NCBI GenBank assembly: GCA_035221665.1 | Contig: CM069145.1 | Location: forward strand, 46,500,001 to 46,564,000 | Length of the DNA: 64,000 nucleotides | From: Okamejei kenojei | Lineage: Eukaryota | Reading direction: 5' to 3' | In this document: in pieces, positions 25,845 to 39,334 of the stretch | Layout: every line of letters starts with the position of its first letter | Position numbering within the stretch: position 1 is the stretch's first letter | Notes under the pieces: generated by a model | The model's database searches: none | The model's input: only the letters and a program-made list of their open reading frames with translations | Told to the model about the DNA's origin: nothing | Program-made: the position numbers and the translations under genes

Positions 25845-26900
25845 TCACCTGCTTCAAGAAGACCACTATCATCCTGGTGCCAAAATAAAGCTCTCATGCC
25901 TTAATGACTACTGTCCAGTGGGCCTTGGCATTACACCACAGTGCTTCGAGAGGCTGGTTATGACACTCTAGCCTACCAAGCAGTCTTGACCCACTGCAGT
26001 CCGACTACTGCCACACAGGGCCCATGCCATTTCCCTAGCATGCAATGATGGTGCCAAATAGAGGTGGTGAAAGCTTCAAGTTCCTAGGAAGAAATATCAC
26101 CAGCAATTTATTCTGGACCAGCCACATTGAAGCTATGACCAAGAAAACATACCTATGCCTCTATTTAAAAAACTTAGGAAGTTCGGCATGTTCCCAACAG
26201 CCTTCACCAACTTCCACAGATGCTCTGTAGAAAGCATTCTATCGGGATGCATCAAAGCCTGGTTTGGGAACTGCTCCATCCAAGACCGCAAGAAGTTGCA
26301 GATGTAGTGCAGGCCATCACGCAAACCAAGCTCCCTTCCATTGACTCCATCTACACTTCCCGTTGTGTCAGCAAGGTCGGCAGCATAATCAAGGACCAGT
26401 CACATCCTGGTGACTCCCATCTTCTCCCCTCTCCCATCAAGAGTCCTGGCAAGAAGTACAGAAGTTTGAAAAGGCGTACCTCCAGATTCAGGGACAGTTT
26501 CTTCCCAGCTGTTATCAGACTATTGAAAGGTCTTCTTATTGGCTAGAGTGCAATCTTGACCTCCCATCTACCTCATTGGAGACCTTTGAACTTTCCTCTT
26601 CAGAAGGGTCTCAACCCAAAGCGCCACCTATTCCTTTTCTCGAGAGAGATGCTGTCTGACCCGCTGAGTTACTCCAACTTTTTGTGTCCATCTTTGGTTT
26701 AAAGCAGCATCTGCAGTTCCTTCCTAAGCATATCTTCAATTGGACCTTATCTTGCACTGAATGTTATATCCTTTATCTGTACACTGTGAACGGCTTGATT
26801 ATAATCATGTACAGTCTTTTCATTGACTGGATATCGTGTAAACAAATGTTTTTCACTGAACCTCAGTACATGTGGCAATAATAAACAGAACTAAACTAAA
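25845..26900 (+). mobile_element. Rex1/Babar-clade LINE fragments, with a Penelope tail inserted at about 26600-26725
   Basis: ESFKFLG, RFRDSFFPAVIRLL, AATAATAAA-(ctaaa)n tail. Confidence 0.8.
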
Positions 26901-27466
26901 CCCTGTAAAGTCCCTTAAAATGTTTGTATTTTTCAATGTAATGTCCTCTCAGCCTTTTAATTTAAGCCTATTTTTGCTTAATCTCTCCTCTCATGACAAA
27001 TCTTACATCACAGGAATTAATTTGTTCACCATTGCTAATATATTAGTCTTTGCCTCAAGAGACCAGATCTGTATTCACTATTCCAGATTTGTCTTACCAT
27101 GGCTCTCGTTAATAATAATTGTACTCAAATTCTCTTGTTGTTGCCTTCTGAATTGCTTGCTATATCTGTGTGTTAACTTTAAGTGATTTGTGAGTATGTC
27201 TGAGCACTAACATCTTTTAATTGCTCTCCATTTAAAATTCTTTCACCTTTTTGCTACCTCTACCGATGTGGACAATGTCACATATTTCTACTGAGAAGCC
27301 AAATTAACCACTTCAACTGATTTTCGTCGTCATAGCCTTAGGGTTGGACAGAAGAAATAGGTTATTTGGCCCACCACACCCATACCAACCATTTTGTCCA
27401 TATATACCAATTCCATTAGCCTGAGTTAGGATCGTATTATGCCTTGCCTACTTGTATCTGCCCAAA

Positions 27467-28262
27467 GGTAGACAAAAATGCTGGAAAAAAATCAGCGGGT
27501 GAGGCAGCATCTGTGGAGCGAGGGAATAGGTGACGTTTCGGGTCGAGACCCTTCTTCAGACTGATGTGGGGGTGGGAGGCCGGGAAAAAGCAGAGAGGAA
27601 AAGGCGGAGACGGTAGTCAGAGACGTGGGAGAGCTGGGAAGAGGAGGGAAGGAGGGAGAAAGCAAGGACTACTTGAAATTGGAGGTCAATGTTCATACCA
27701 CTGGGGTGTAAACTACCCAAGTAAAATACGAGGTGCTGTTCCTCCAATTTGTGGTGGGACTCAGTCTGGCCATGGAGGAAGCTCAGGACAGAAAGATCGG
27801 ATTCGGAATAGGAGGGGGAGTTGAAGTGCTGAGCCACCGGGAGATCAGCTTTGTTCACTGTGCGGAGGTGTTGGGCGAAGCAATCGCCAAGCCTGCGCTT
27901 GGTCTCAACGATGTAGAGCAGTTGACACCTAGAGCAGCGGATGCAATAGATGAGGTTTGAGGAGGTGCAGGTGAACCTCTGCCTCACCTGGAAAGACTGT
28001 TTGGATCCTTGGATGGAGTCGAGGGGGGAAGATAAAGCAACAAGTGCAGCATTTCCTGCAGTTGCAAGGGAAAGTACCAGGGGAGGGGCTGGTTTCTGCC
28101 TCTTTCTTTCTCCTTCCTTACCCCCCCCCCCCCCCAACGCCCACCCCCACCCACATCAGTCACCTATTCCTTCGCTCCATAGATGCTGCCTCACCTACTG
28201 AGTTTCTCCAGCATTTTTGTCTACCTTCGATTTTTCCAGCATCTGCAGTTCTTTCTTAAACA
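27467..28262 (-). mobile_element. Penelope-like element, 5'-truncated, with GIY-YIG endonuclease remnant and inverted terminal repeat
   Basis: ORF 27556 on minus strand: FTCTSSNLIYCIRCSRCQLLYIVETKRRL..F.QH...VAQHFN...EEQ; 15-bp TSD TTGTATCTG(C/T)CCAAA at 27452 and 28263. Confidence 0.9.
27532..27559 (-). ncRNA. Minimal hammerhead ribozyme core in the Penelope 3' pLTR
   Basis: Minus strand reads CTGAAGAAGGGTCTCGACCCGAAACGTC. Confidence 0.55.
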
Positions 28263-30324
28263 TTGTATCTGTCCAAATGTTATTTAAAGATAGGAATTGC
28301 ATCTTTGGAAACACATTCCAGATATCAACCACTGTCTTTTACAATAGATAATCACCCCTCAGATCTCCTTTAAAACCCTCGACCTAAACAAACAGTCTCT
28401 TTTTGATATCCATACCATGGGAAAATAGTTTGATGATCTAGGCCTCTTAAATCATAAAATACTTCTATTAGGCCCCTCCCTCAGCCCCCTTTTGCTCCAA
28501 AGAACAAAACCCAGCCTATCCAATCTCTCCCTATAACTAAAGTCTTCCAATCTAGGCAATGTCCTGGTTTTCCCCATTGTAATTACATCATTCATGCAGT
28601 GTTGCGATCAGAACTGCGCACAATTCTCCATGCAAGGCCTAACCAGTGCTATCTAAAATTGCAACATCGTGTAACAACGTACGCCTAACCTAATGAAGGC
28701 AAGTATGCCATATGCTGCCTTTACCAGCCAATTGACTGATATTGCCACTCTCAAGGATGTGGACCCCTAGGTCTCTCTTTATTCCTTCCTTTGTGTCCTT
28801 CTATTTGCAGTATATATCCTCCTATTTGATCCGAAAGGTTGTCTGCCCATTCCATCCGCAGATGTTGCCTCACACCCTGCCTGAGTCCCTCCAACACTGT
28901 TTTTTTGCTCAAGGACCAGTGGCCTATTCCACCTACACCTTCAACTGTGGCCACAGCAAATGTGCCATCTATCACCTCCCAGAGGTGCCCTTCTGCTATA
29001 TTCTTTGGAGAGCAGGAGGCTGAGGGGTGATCTTAAAGAAAGTGTATAAAATCATAGTCGTACAGCATGGAAGCAGACCATATGGCCCAACTCATCCATG
29101 CCGACCAAAATGGGGCAGCTTGGTTGGCAGGAACGAGTTGGACCAAAGAGCCTGTTTCCCTACTCTTACTACTTTTATTTGACTACTTTCACTGTTACTG
29201 ATGTTAACCAGTCTATAGTTTGATGTTTTCTCTCTCCTTTCCTAAAGAGTGTGGTTCTACCTGTTGCTACCTTCTGATCTGTCAGATCTTTTCTAGAATA
29301 TGTGATTTTTAAAGATACCTGCCAGAGCATTTCCTTCAAAAGGATGTGTGTCTTTTGGTCTTGGGGATATTTATCTTTCACTTCTATTAATTCCTCCAGT
29401 ATGATTTTATTTAACTAACATTAATTTACTCTAAACTTGTGTAGTTCACAAATTTCAGGTTTGCTGCATTGTCCTTTTTAAAGAGACAGACACAATATTT
29501 ATTTTCTTCCGCAATATAATTTATCCTGACTCAGCCTGTATAAACATCAGGACCACAAGAAAATGTGAGCAGGAGGGCCACGAGGCCCTTCAAAGCTGCC
29601 CTGCCGCTGAATGTTACTTTTTTTCCATTTTGCATATCATGATAATCATGAAAAATCATGTTTTTGCCCGCTATTGCCATGTTCTACTTTCCCTTTCATT
29701 CCCAATGGCGTGGAACTCCTTTTATTAATGAGGAGGGCAGTGTCTAAACTAGGAAGTATAAATTAGAGTACCAAGTCGGACAGAAAATAAAATGGGGAGG
29801 GGGGAGGAGTGATTGGATTGAGTAGTAAAAGAAAAAAGGATAGTTAAATATTAAAAATATATCTCCAGGGGTTATTAAACTAAAAAAATAAAACTCCACG
29901 TTTTAAAAAGTATATTTTCAATACCACATAATTGTTTAATTTTTATCCCACTTGTTCAACATGGGCAACCTGCTTTTGATTGTTGCATTTGACTATGCAT
30001 TCAGACACTGAACGTTGGTCTGTGATTTGCAACCTGATGAGGGTGAGCATTGATAACCTTGTTGCTGAGCTGGAAAATGCTGGACCTCGACTGCACTTTC
30101 CAGTCACCCCATTGCATTTGCCTCATGTGCAAAGAAACAGAAATAATTCCTGCTGACTAATTGACTGGATGCCATGTGGTCAGAAAACATTTTCATGTTT
30201 TATAAATATAATGATAAGAAGCATTTAGAAACATATGAGAAAAGTTTTAAATAATTGACCGCTGCAATTCATATAATACACCACAACTTAATATTTACGA
30301 ATTGATTTGAACTTTGAATCTGCG

Positions 30325-30500
30325 TGATTTGAACAAATTGCTGGAGGAACTCAATGGGCCAAGCAGCATATGTGAAGGATTGGTGCTGAAACAAGGTCTC
30401 GGACAAAATATCAACCATCCTTTTGCCTCCACGGATGCTGCTTAGCCTGCTGAGTTCTGCGAGCAGTTTGTTGCAGGTACAAGCATCTGCAGTCACTCTT
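30325..30500. mobile_element. Palindromic Penelope-derived short element (degenerate)
   Basis: CTGGAGGAACTCA..GCAGCAT / ATGCTGC..TGAGTTCT..GCATCTGCAGT inverted arms. Confidence 0.6.
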
Positions 30501-30796
30501 GTGGCTCTATAATTTGGAGTATATTGACCATGAAAAATACTGTATAAATTAAAGTTCTATCTGATGATTGGTCCAAATGCTCTGTGTGAAATGTTGAAAC
30601 ATAATGCAATGGATTGGATAAACGTTATTTTCACGTTGATTCATTAACAAATGAATTATTATGTTTAAAACATGCATGTGTAATAAGGTGAAAAATAATA
30701 TTTATGCAAAGAAATTGCAGACATTTGAATGTGAATATTCTGCCAGGGAAATCATTGTTATAATCATTGCATCTGTTTCTTTTGCTTTTTAAATAG

Positions 30797-32961
30797 AAAA
30801 ATTGACAAGAAAACTGTAATTGATTCATTCCATTCTGTTACTTCTGCTCAAATGAAGCTTGAATTTAATCATGATGGACATTCACACGGAGTGGAAAGCC
30901 AGCTGACCCAAGGATTTATGAACACCGTTCTTTGTCAGAATAAGCCAAAAAGATCACCCCCGGAACAAACTGACAGTCACATTAAGTATAAAGAAGAGAG
31001 TCGAAAGATTCTGCAGGAGAGCATTGAAGTAGCTCGTCTTGCTTCCACAGTCAAGCCAAATGAATTTGTGAAATATGGCCTTTCTAGAATTCCATCTTTG
31101 CCTACTGATTTAAAACCCCAGAACATAAAACAAGATAGAGAAACTAAGTATTATGCAATCCAACTTTATGCATCAAAGAACTCGGTACCTCATTCTGTGC
31201 CCCAGAGCAACTATTTTACTACTTTGTCAAACAGTATTATAAATGAGCCACCTCGGTTATATCTATCGAAAGATGCATGTCCTTATGCTGAGAAAACAAA
31301 TTCTTCAACCCATGCACTCCTTTCCTATAATAAGACTCTTTCCAAACCGCCTCCACTTATTAAGCATCAACCTAAAGGTGAGGGATCAGGTGGCAAACCT
31401 ACAGAACAGTTTTCCCATCAAGTGACTTCTCAGAATGCCATCTCAAATACATCTGATCACAGGGGAACGACAGAACAGTTGCCAGTTTTGCCATCAAATG
31501 CTATGAGAGGTATGCCATCTCTGCAAAGAGCCCCTATTTACCAACATCCATCTCATCACATTATGGAACGGAAGGAAGGTAATTATCGCAATCTGTCGCC
31601 ACCGACCTTAACTCCAGTACTCCCTGTCAATGCGGCTAAGCTTTCTGATTTGCAGAAACCTCCAACTTTATTGCCAGAGCCAAGGCCTGGAGTAAAAAAT
31701 TGCACAAACAATCAAACAGTCGCTTCTAATGACAGCTGGAACACTAGTACAGGATTTACTCATAAGCCTGTTTGCCATTTGAACAACAAAAACAGCGATG
31801 TAATACAAGTTTCCCCAGCTTCTGTAATTGTAAGACCATCTTCCACAGTTAAGCATGAAATTAAAGCAGAAAATCAATGTAATGCCAAGGATTCTGCACG
31901 GTTAGTAAAGCAAACAAATTTATTTGATTCAAAATTCAAAGAAGTGTGTAAAGTTATATTGCCTACCTTAAACTTGGATACTGCAAGTGGAGAACATGAG
32001 AAAAAGTTAAAGACTTTCCTTCCAGACAACAATTCGAGCTCCAGTACTATCACCAACTCTTTCAATAATAGCAGTGCTAGCCCCTCAACATCTGTAGCCA
32101 CACCAATTAACATTGTAAGTGGCGAAGAAACAAATACACCCTCATGTCAGTCGTACACCCCAGTCAATAGTATAGCAGGACAAATTATTCCCAAATCTTC
32201 AGATCGTTTCAAAACACAGGTACAGGAATGCATGATTGACACCACATCTACTGCAATTTGCTTAGCAGATGCTGCAAGAACAGGAAGCGCTGTGCAAAGT
32301 GACACAGGAATCTCAAGCACAACTGATTATTACCAGTTGAAGAAACACAAAGCAGCGCTGGCTATGGCCCACTCTGGAAGTGCTCTTCCTAATAACAATG
32401 AATCTGCAAGTCTTAAATATTATAAAAGTTCAGTATCTCTACCTCCCAAATATACTGGAACATTAGGTTTATTTTGCAAAGTAAATTCTGTCACCAATGG
32501 TCAGATTTCTCAATCCAATCAACCAGGTTTTCACACAAAACTGAAAAAAGCTTGGCTAACTAGACATTCTGAAGAAGACAAAAACACGTGTAAAATGGAA
32601 AATTCAGGAACTACAGGGAATGATGCAAAGAAGCCAATTACGATTAATTCTTCGGCTTCCACAACAAATGATGTAGACAAGAAGGCCCAACCTGATGAAG
32701 GGAAAGGTGAACAGGAAGAAAGAAAACCCAGAGGAACAAAAAGAACTTATGAATCTGATGTATCAGATGACTTCGATGTATCAGATGAATTTGAACATAA
32801 ATTGGAGCACCGTGTCAAGCGTCAACCCAAACCAACCTACAAAAAGAGACAAAATGACCTGCAAAGACGAAAAGCTGAAACTGAGAGGGAGGACGTGGAA
32901 ATAAAGCCGAATGGCACATTGTATAGGAATACAAAGGAAAATAAAAATAAACTTCAGAGCA
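30797..32961 (+). CDS. JMJD1C: JMJD1C exon 10-equivalent (largest exon)
   Basis: aatag|A, AGCA|gtaagt, 2165 nt, phase 2-1; QSNYFTTLSNS, KPPPLIKHQP, LSPPTLTP, LKKHKAALA, FHTKLKKAWLTRHSEEDK. Confidence 0.93.
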
Positions 32962-33177
32962 GTAAGTGGGCTAAAGTTCAATTAATGTATCATTTGATTT
33001 GCATTTATAGTTCCAAATTATTAATATGTAGGAATTATGTACCCTACATCCAATGGATGTTGTGAAATGTTGACGTGTCTTGTGGATAACCAAGCATTTG
33101 AATAAATTATTAATTTTAATATTTGTCCAATTTGAGATGACAGGGCAGTACTATTTTATTATTTGGTTTTAACGTTA

Positions 33178-33759
33178 TGGGCCTGTCCCACTTAGGCAAC
33201 TACAGGAGACTACGCGGTCGCCACATGTTTGCGGGTGGTTGCCGGGAAGTCGCCTTCATGGTCGTGAGTAGTTCCCACATTCTCAGAACTAGTCTCGGCT
33301 TCATTCTGGTCGCCGCTAATTTTTCAACATGTTGAAAATTTAGCGGTGACCAGAATGAAGCTGCCATGGAGAGTAGTGAGAATTCTCGTGCCGTAGGTGC
33401 AGTGGTAGTGGGTCGCCAGGAGGTCGTAGGTTGTCGCCGGCGCTGACTGGGGAATTTCATTGGCTCATTGGAGGGAAAAAAACGTAAACAGTAGTTTTCA
33501 GAACAAAGGATAACTGATAAATGCTCATCCTGTTCATTGCGGTGTGTGTCTGTATCACATTGGCCTTGAACCGTGTGAATTTCACTCAGACAGCGCTTCT
33601 CCCGCTTGCCCTGTTCCGCGCCTGCACAACTGGCTAGTGAAGGAAGAGATGTGTGTATGTGTGTCCCACACTGACGGTTGCCGTTCTAGTCGCTGTTTTT
33701 TCAGCGACCTGCTACCACTTGACAGTCGCCTGAAAAATCGCTTAAGTGGGACAGGCCCA
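33178..33759. mobile_element. PIF/Harbinger-like MITE
   Basis: TTA|TGGGCCTGTCCCACTTA...TAAGTGGGACAGGCCCA; internal GTCGCC repeats; right TSD not preserved. Confidence 0.8.
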
Positions 33760-33959
33760 GGAGGACTCAATTATGGAATCAAAATTGTTAATTAATCCCG
33801 ATAAATGAATGACGTGTCCCTTGCAGAAAGGGACATGTTTAGTGAACCACATTTACAGACAGTTCTGACCTATCAACCCACAAATTAACATGTATTGGAT
33901 TCCTTTTTATAATTGCATTGGGTAACTGATCTAGTTTAAAGATATTTGAATTATTCTAC

Positions 33960-34400
33960 TGTAAGAAGAATGTCATTGCTCTAGAGATGTACAGGGGAGA
34001 TTCACCTGGATGTTGCTTGGATTGGAGGGCTTTTGTTATAAACAGAGATTGGATAGGCTGGATTTGTATTTCCTGGAAAGAAGGCTGAAAGGTGACCCAA
34101 TAGAAATATACAAGATTATTAAAGGCCTAGTTAAGGTAGGTAGAAGCCATTGGTTTGAGACGAGGGAGAGGTAGTTTAGCGATAAAAGGAAAATGTATTT
34201 CACACAGAATGGCTGATAGCTGGAATGAGCTGGAAGAAGATACAATCACAGCACTTTTAAGAGGCATTTAGGCAGGCACTTGATTTGCTGTGGATTAGAA
34301 GGCTATGTACCGAACAAGGCAAATGGGGTCAGTATAGATAGGTACAACAGTCCGCATGGATGTGGTGGGCTGAATGGCCCATTTCTGTACTGTATGACTC
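33960..34400 (+). mobile_element. Degenerate CR1 3' fragment
   Basis: Similar to the ORF2 end and 3' UTR of other CR1 copies in the window. Confidence 0.65.
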
Positions 34401-34447
34401 AAATACTCTGTGCTGTAGTTCTTAAAATGTTTGTTCTACTTTTGCAG

Positions 34448-34649
34448 ATGGTTTACCACGCTCTGTCTTAAAAGACTGGAGGAAAGTTAAAAAGCTCAAG
34501 CAGTCTGGAGAACCTTTTCTGCAAGATGGTTCGTGCTCTGAGATAGCCTCAAATCTTCAAAAGTGCAGGGAATGTCGTATGATTCGTTATAGAAAAAATG
34601 AGGAATTCAGTCATTCAGCTGTATTCTGCAGATTCTACTACTTTCGCCG
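34448..34649 (+). CDS. JMJD1C: JMJD1C exon 11-equivalent ([26 protein letters not shown]...KCRECR...VFCRFYYFR)
   Basis: tgcag|AT, CG|gtatgt, 202 nt, phase 1-2. Confidence 0.95.
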
Positions 34650-35959
34650 GTATGTAAATATGTTTGGGTTCTACACAATCATAATGCAACAAAAAAAGTA
34701 AAAGCTCTTTTTTTCTGATTAAATTGAAATTAATCAAGTTAACTTCATAATTCAGAGTGTGGTCTAGCATCTCTGCATAAATAATAAAGAATTATTTATT
34801 ATCCAGAAATGCTAGTTTTTCAATTTTTTGGAGAAGAAAAGGAAAGGGATAAGGAGATAATTAGTTTACATAATCTGAGATATTCTAGACCTGCAAAATT
34901 TAAGAGCACAAGATGCATAATATATCAAGGGGTTTTAGTTCTCAGAGAGAATAATTCTAAGTTCAACATCAGTTTGGCTATGCTCAAACATTTGAGAGCA
35001 AAGGTTTCTGGAACATATCTTCTGCTAAGGTGATTAACACTGAAAAAAGCAATAGTGAAAAGAACACAAAGGAGATCCACAGATTTATATAAGGCAAAGG
35101 TTATGCAAGAAAACATAATGCTGAGTATCTGATAAGTACAACTCTTCTGCCATTTATAAATGAGAAGAATAAGTGCAGCTGCTTGCAGTTTAGCTGCTGC
35201 TGCTACTTGCTGCTGCTGGCACTGATGATGTCTGCCATGGTGTACTGCTCCTTGCTGTTTTGTATGTGTTTGTGTCGTCTGTGAAAACCCTCAATGTTAT
35301 ATTATTAATGTTTTATGTATCATTCTTAACTGTCATTATGTAATGTTGTCACTTGCAGGCGGAGCACCAAGGCAAATTCCTTGTATGTGAATACTTGGCC
35401 AATAAACTTATTCATTCAGTAATAATACCACGTGGGTAAACTGGAGCAAAACCTTTTAAATATCTATATTTTGCTTTTAGACTGTTCAGAAATCCTGGTA
35501 GTTTCACTTCTAGCTCACCAGATGATGTTTGCAACGCATCTTTTTCATTTACTGGGCCCCTTGTCCGGTGCTCTCTTTCACACACCAGTCTCTCTGTTGC
35601 ACTCCATTTCCTCTGGTTGGGGGACCATACCTTCCTCACTCGCTAGACCAGTGAGGATGATGAACACAATTAGATTTCTCCTTTACCTTTTGAACACAAT
35701 TTAAAAAAGACCACAAAAAAGTAACTGAAATGATACATCTGAGTAATGCAAAATTGCCATTGATGGTGTGAATGTTCATCTTTTGAAAGCAAAGTAAATA
35801 TAGATTAGGAGTAATTGAATTTTTACCAACACTAAAAAGAAATTCTGATTTCCCTTTAACTGATATGAACAATTAATTATAACAAGAAGATACTGAGGTC
35901 AGATTAAAATTCTAACATAATATTTGTTAATAGGTTTCTGTTTTTTTTTTAAATCTTTC

Positions 35960-36550
35960 TATTTATTTATTTATTTATTTTTTCTTAAAAGTGACTGAAG
36001 GGAGAAAAAGAGATATAGAGAAGGTTAGATAAGATAGTAAGTATGTGAGAAAGTGAAAATAAATAGCCCGTAAAGACGTAGAATGCGAGGAAGAATAAAA
36101 AAATTTTTTAATTTAAAAAGGAAAATATAAGAAAATAAGATAAGATAAAAGGGATGTACCTTCTTCATATCTTTACACACCCCTCACCAGGTCCTGAAAC
36201 CATTTATTTCTAAAATTATATTGCACCCTATGCTTATGTCGATAAATGGAGACCAAATCTTTAAGAATTGGTCTGATTTGCCTGCGAGTATGAATCTCAT
36301 GTCTTTGAGGTGTAACATTTCAGACATATTTGAAATCCACATTTTTACCGTTCGTGGGGGTGCGTTTTTCCAAAATTTAAGTATGATTTTTTTTTTTGCC
36401 GTTATTAAGCCATAATTAAGGAAACTCTTTTGGAACAAAGTCAGCTCAAAGCCGACTTCCATTGTTCCAAAAATAATCAATTCTGCGTTCGGTTTCAATT
36501 TTATTTTTAATAATTTTGTAAAAATTTAAAAGATTTCATTCCAAAATTTT
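35960..36550 (-). mobile_element. L1/Tx1-clade LINE 3' fragment
   Basis: ORF 36184 on minus strand: LIIFG...AKK.IL..WK..PP....W...F.KIWSPF, typical L1-clade ORF2 C-terminus; A-rich tail. Confidence 0.7.
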
Positions 36551-36769
36551 AGGTTTCTGTTTTCGACAACAAATTATAAAATTAATGGAGCTTAAAAAGA
36601 CAAGTCAGAACACCATGAAAGATTATATTCATAAAGGATGTAGTCAAAAGTGGAGCGTTTTAATGGGCTAAAATGATTCAAAATTATCAAGTTTTAAGAA
36701 TGATTTTCCCATGGATTATTTAATAATAAACTAAGCAACACAACATGAACTGAGAAATAGCACCAGAAA

Positions 36770-37056
36770 TAAACCACAGGCCTTTCTGCCCATCGAGTCT
36801 GCACTGTCCAACGATCACCCTGGTGCACACGGGTTTTATCCAACACGCTAAGGATGATTTACTCAAGCCAATTAGCCTACAAACCTACACGTCTTTGGAA
36901 TTTGGAAGGGAACCAGAGCACCCGGAGAAATCCCACACTGTCACAGGGAGAACATATCAACATATCAACACAGGTACAGACAGCACCCGTACTCAGGAGC
37001 AAACACGGGTCGCTGGCACTGTGAGGCAGTAACTCTACTGCTGTGCCACTGTGCCG
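36770..37056 (-). mobile_element. HE1-type V-SINE
   Basis: Same head, core and tail as the 19912 copy. Confidence 0.8.
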
Positions 37057-37329
37057 TTCCACAGTGTTGAGTGGCACAGCGGTAGAGTTGTAATATAAAC
37101 CTTATTTTTATACAATATTATATAAAAATATAAGATATTTAAAATATAATTGGATAGAGATTTGGTGTTAGGCGTTCACAGAAAAAAGGAATTGTGAGTT
37201 CAAGTAGATGGCTCAAATTGAAAAAAATGCCCAATGTGTTGAGATTCCACACTTCTGAGAAAGAAGTTATATTTATTGAAAGCAATAAATTGCAATTTAT
37301 ATTATGTTTTCTCATTTTTATTTTCTCAG

Positions 37330-37544
37330 ACTGGCATTCAGTAAGAATACAGTACTAAGGGCAGATGGGTTTTCAACTCCTGACCAGTATGATGATGAAG
37401 CAATAAATTTGTGGTTGCCGAGATATACCACAAATCTGAATTTGGACACCGAATCTTCCAAATATATATTGAAAAATGTTGGAGATAAATTTTGTCAAAT
37501 AGAGAGATCTGAGAAGACTGCTATGACATGGTTTAAAGCAGATG
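37330..37544 (+). CDS. JMJD1C: JMJD1C exon 12-equivalent (LAFSKN...DGFSTPDQYDDEA...GDKFCQ...WFKAD)
   Basis: ctcag|A, GATG|gtaata, 215 nt, phase 2-1. Confidence 0.94.
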
Positions 37545-37993
37545 GTAATATTTAACCCTTAATGATAATTTCAGTCAGAGTGCTGAGGTTTCCATTTTTA
37601 TATGTTTAACATGTGGAATTTGATTAAATTCTTGCAATGTAAATGGTACTGCCGAATTGGTTATTAATGTTGAGTTGACAAAGATGTTTGCTTCAAGAAT
37701 TGGAAATAGATCTTTGTGTTTTGGAAGAAAACGTTGAAATTGCAAGTAAAGATAGTGTGGATAAATTGTCTTATTTGCATGTTTTGTAATATGGGCCTCA
37801 GTATATATTTATATTGTGCCAGATATAACATTGCTTTTATGATTCATGAACATTTAATACATTCATTCATTATTAATTTTAAACATTAATAATTTTCAAT
37901 GTAGCCTAAACAAAATGCAGTCAAAACTGGTGAACTTTTCCCTATTAACTGAAGGCTTCTGTGTATAGTAACATTGTATATTTTGTATTTCAG

Positions 37994-38146
37994 CCAAACT
38001 AGCCTGGAAGAGAGCAGTAAAAGGAGTTCAAGAAATGTGTGATGCCTGTGAAGCCACACTGTTTAATATCCATTGGGTTTGCCAGAAATGTGGATTTGTG
38101 GTCTGTTTGGACTGTTATGAAGCAAAGGAAAGAAGGGGTTCCAAAG
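37994..38146 (+). CDS. JMJD1C: JMJD1C exon 13-equivalent, C6-type zinc finger ([29 protein letters not shown])
   Basis: ttcag|CC, AAG|gtcagt, 153 nt, phase 1-1; all Cys/His ligands present. Confidence 0.96.
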
Positions 38147-38914
38147 GTCAGTTCCGAATCAATCCGATCTATGAGCAACATAGTATGTAAGCAATAATCG
38201 TTATTCGGTAATTTTGATGATGGAATGGCCATTCTTTTTATGGATTGGAATGAAAATCTTTGGTAATTTCACGTTTACATTTATGCTACTTTGATCCATG
38301 TAAGTCTTGGAATTATACCAAGTCATGCATTTATCAGTCTATAGGGTCTTCTGAGTGTGAAATGTTACATCTGTGCTGTTTTATGAAAATTGGATCATGA
38401 TGTTTGAAAATATGCTATGATATTGAGAAACTTCTTCAATACTCTAGTTGTGCATATACTGTGTAATATCTACATGCTGTATATGTAATTAAGATCCTTG
38501 GCATTTAGTAATCTGTGGTACCTTAGCATAATTTTGTGATCTTTTTGACAGTTAAAGCTCAGTTTAAGGTGTAAAATAATTCTGGAATAAAACAGTTTGA
38601 GATGTCTTCGGCAGATTTGTCTTTCATATCTTCAAGTGCAAAGTCCAATTTGTTGTTAAACTTGGTTTATAAAGTTCACTGGAGATAGATTGGTAAATGA
38701 ATGTAAATTGAAAGGTTTCGGGAACTATGATTCTCCCATTTTCAATATAACAATATGCATTGGCCAACCACTGTATATATAGTTTCAGGGCAAGCTCAAG
38801 CAGCATAAATATGGTTCTGCTAGTTAGTATGTGAACAGCAGTTATAGGACCCAGTGGACAGGTAGCTTATTTTTAAAAGAATAAATTGGTTTATGAGAAT
38901 AAATTGATTGAAAG

Positions 38915-39201
38915 AAACAGCATGGAAACGGGCCCACCAACCATCGATCGCCTGTTCACATTCGTTCTATGCTATTCCACTTTCTCGCCCACTCCCTATG
39001 CACAATGGGTAACTTACGGAGTCCAATCAACCTACACACCCGCAAGTCCTTGGGATGTGGGAGGCAATGGGAGCATCTGGAGAAAAACCCACGCGGTCAC
39101 ATGGAGAATGTGCAAATTTGATGGCATCCGATGTCAGGATTGAACCTGGGTCTCTGGCACTGTGAGGCAGCAGCAAAACCAGCTGCACCACAGTGCCATC
39201 C
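38915..39201 (-). mobile_element. HE1-type V-SINE
   Basis: Same head, core and tail as the 19912 copy. Confidence 0.8.
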
Positions 39202-39334
39202 TTAAATATTTATCCTTTCATCACTTGGAATGTGATCTTCACTGATGGAGCCTTTATAACTGTTCATATTCGATCTTCTCTGTAACAAAGATTCATTTTA
39301 CATAAGTGTATTTTTCCCTTTTTTATAATTGTAG

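Larger units (their letters stand above)
27340..28790 (-). mobile_element. Degenerate CR1 fragment hosting the Penelope insertion
   Basis: CR1 3' UTR and ORF2 similarity on both sides of 27467-28262. Confidence 0.65.
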
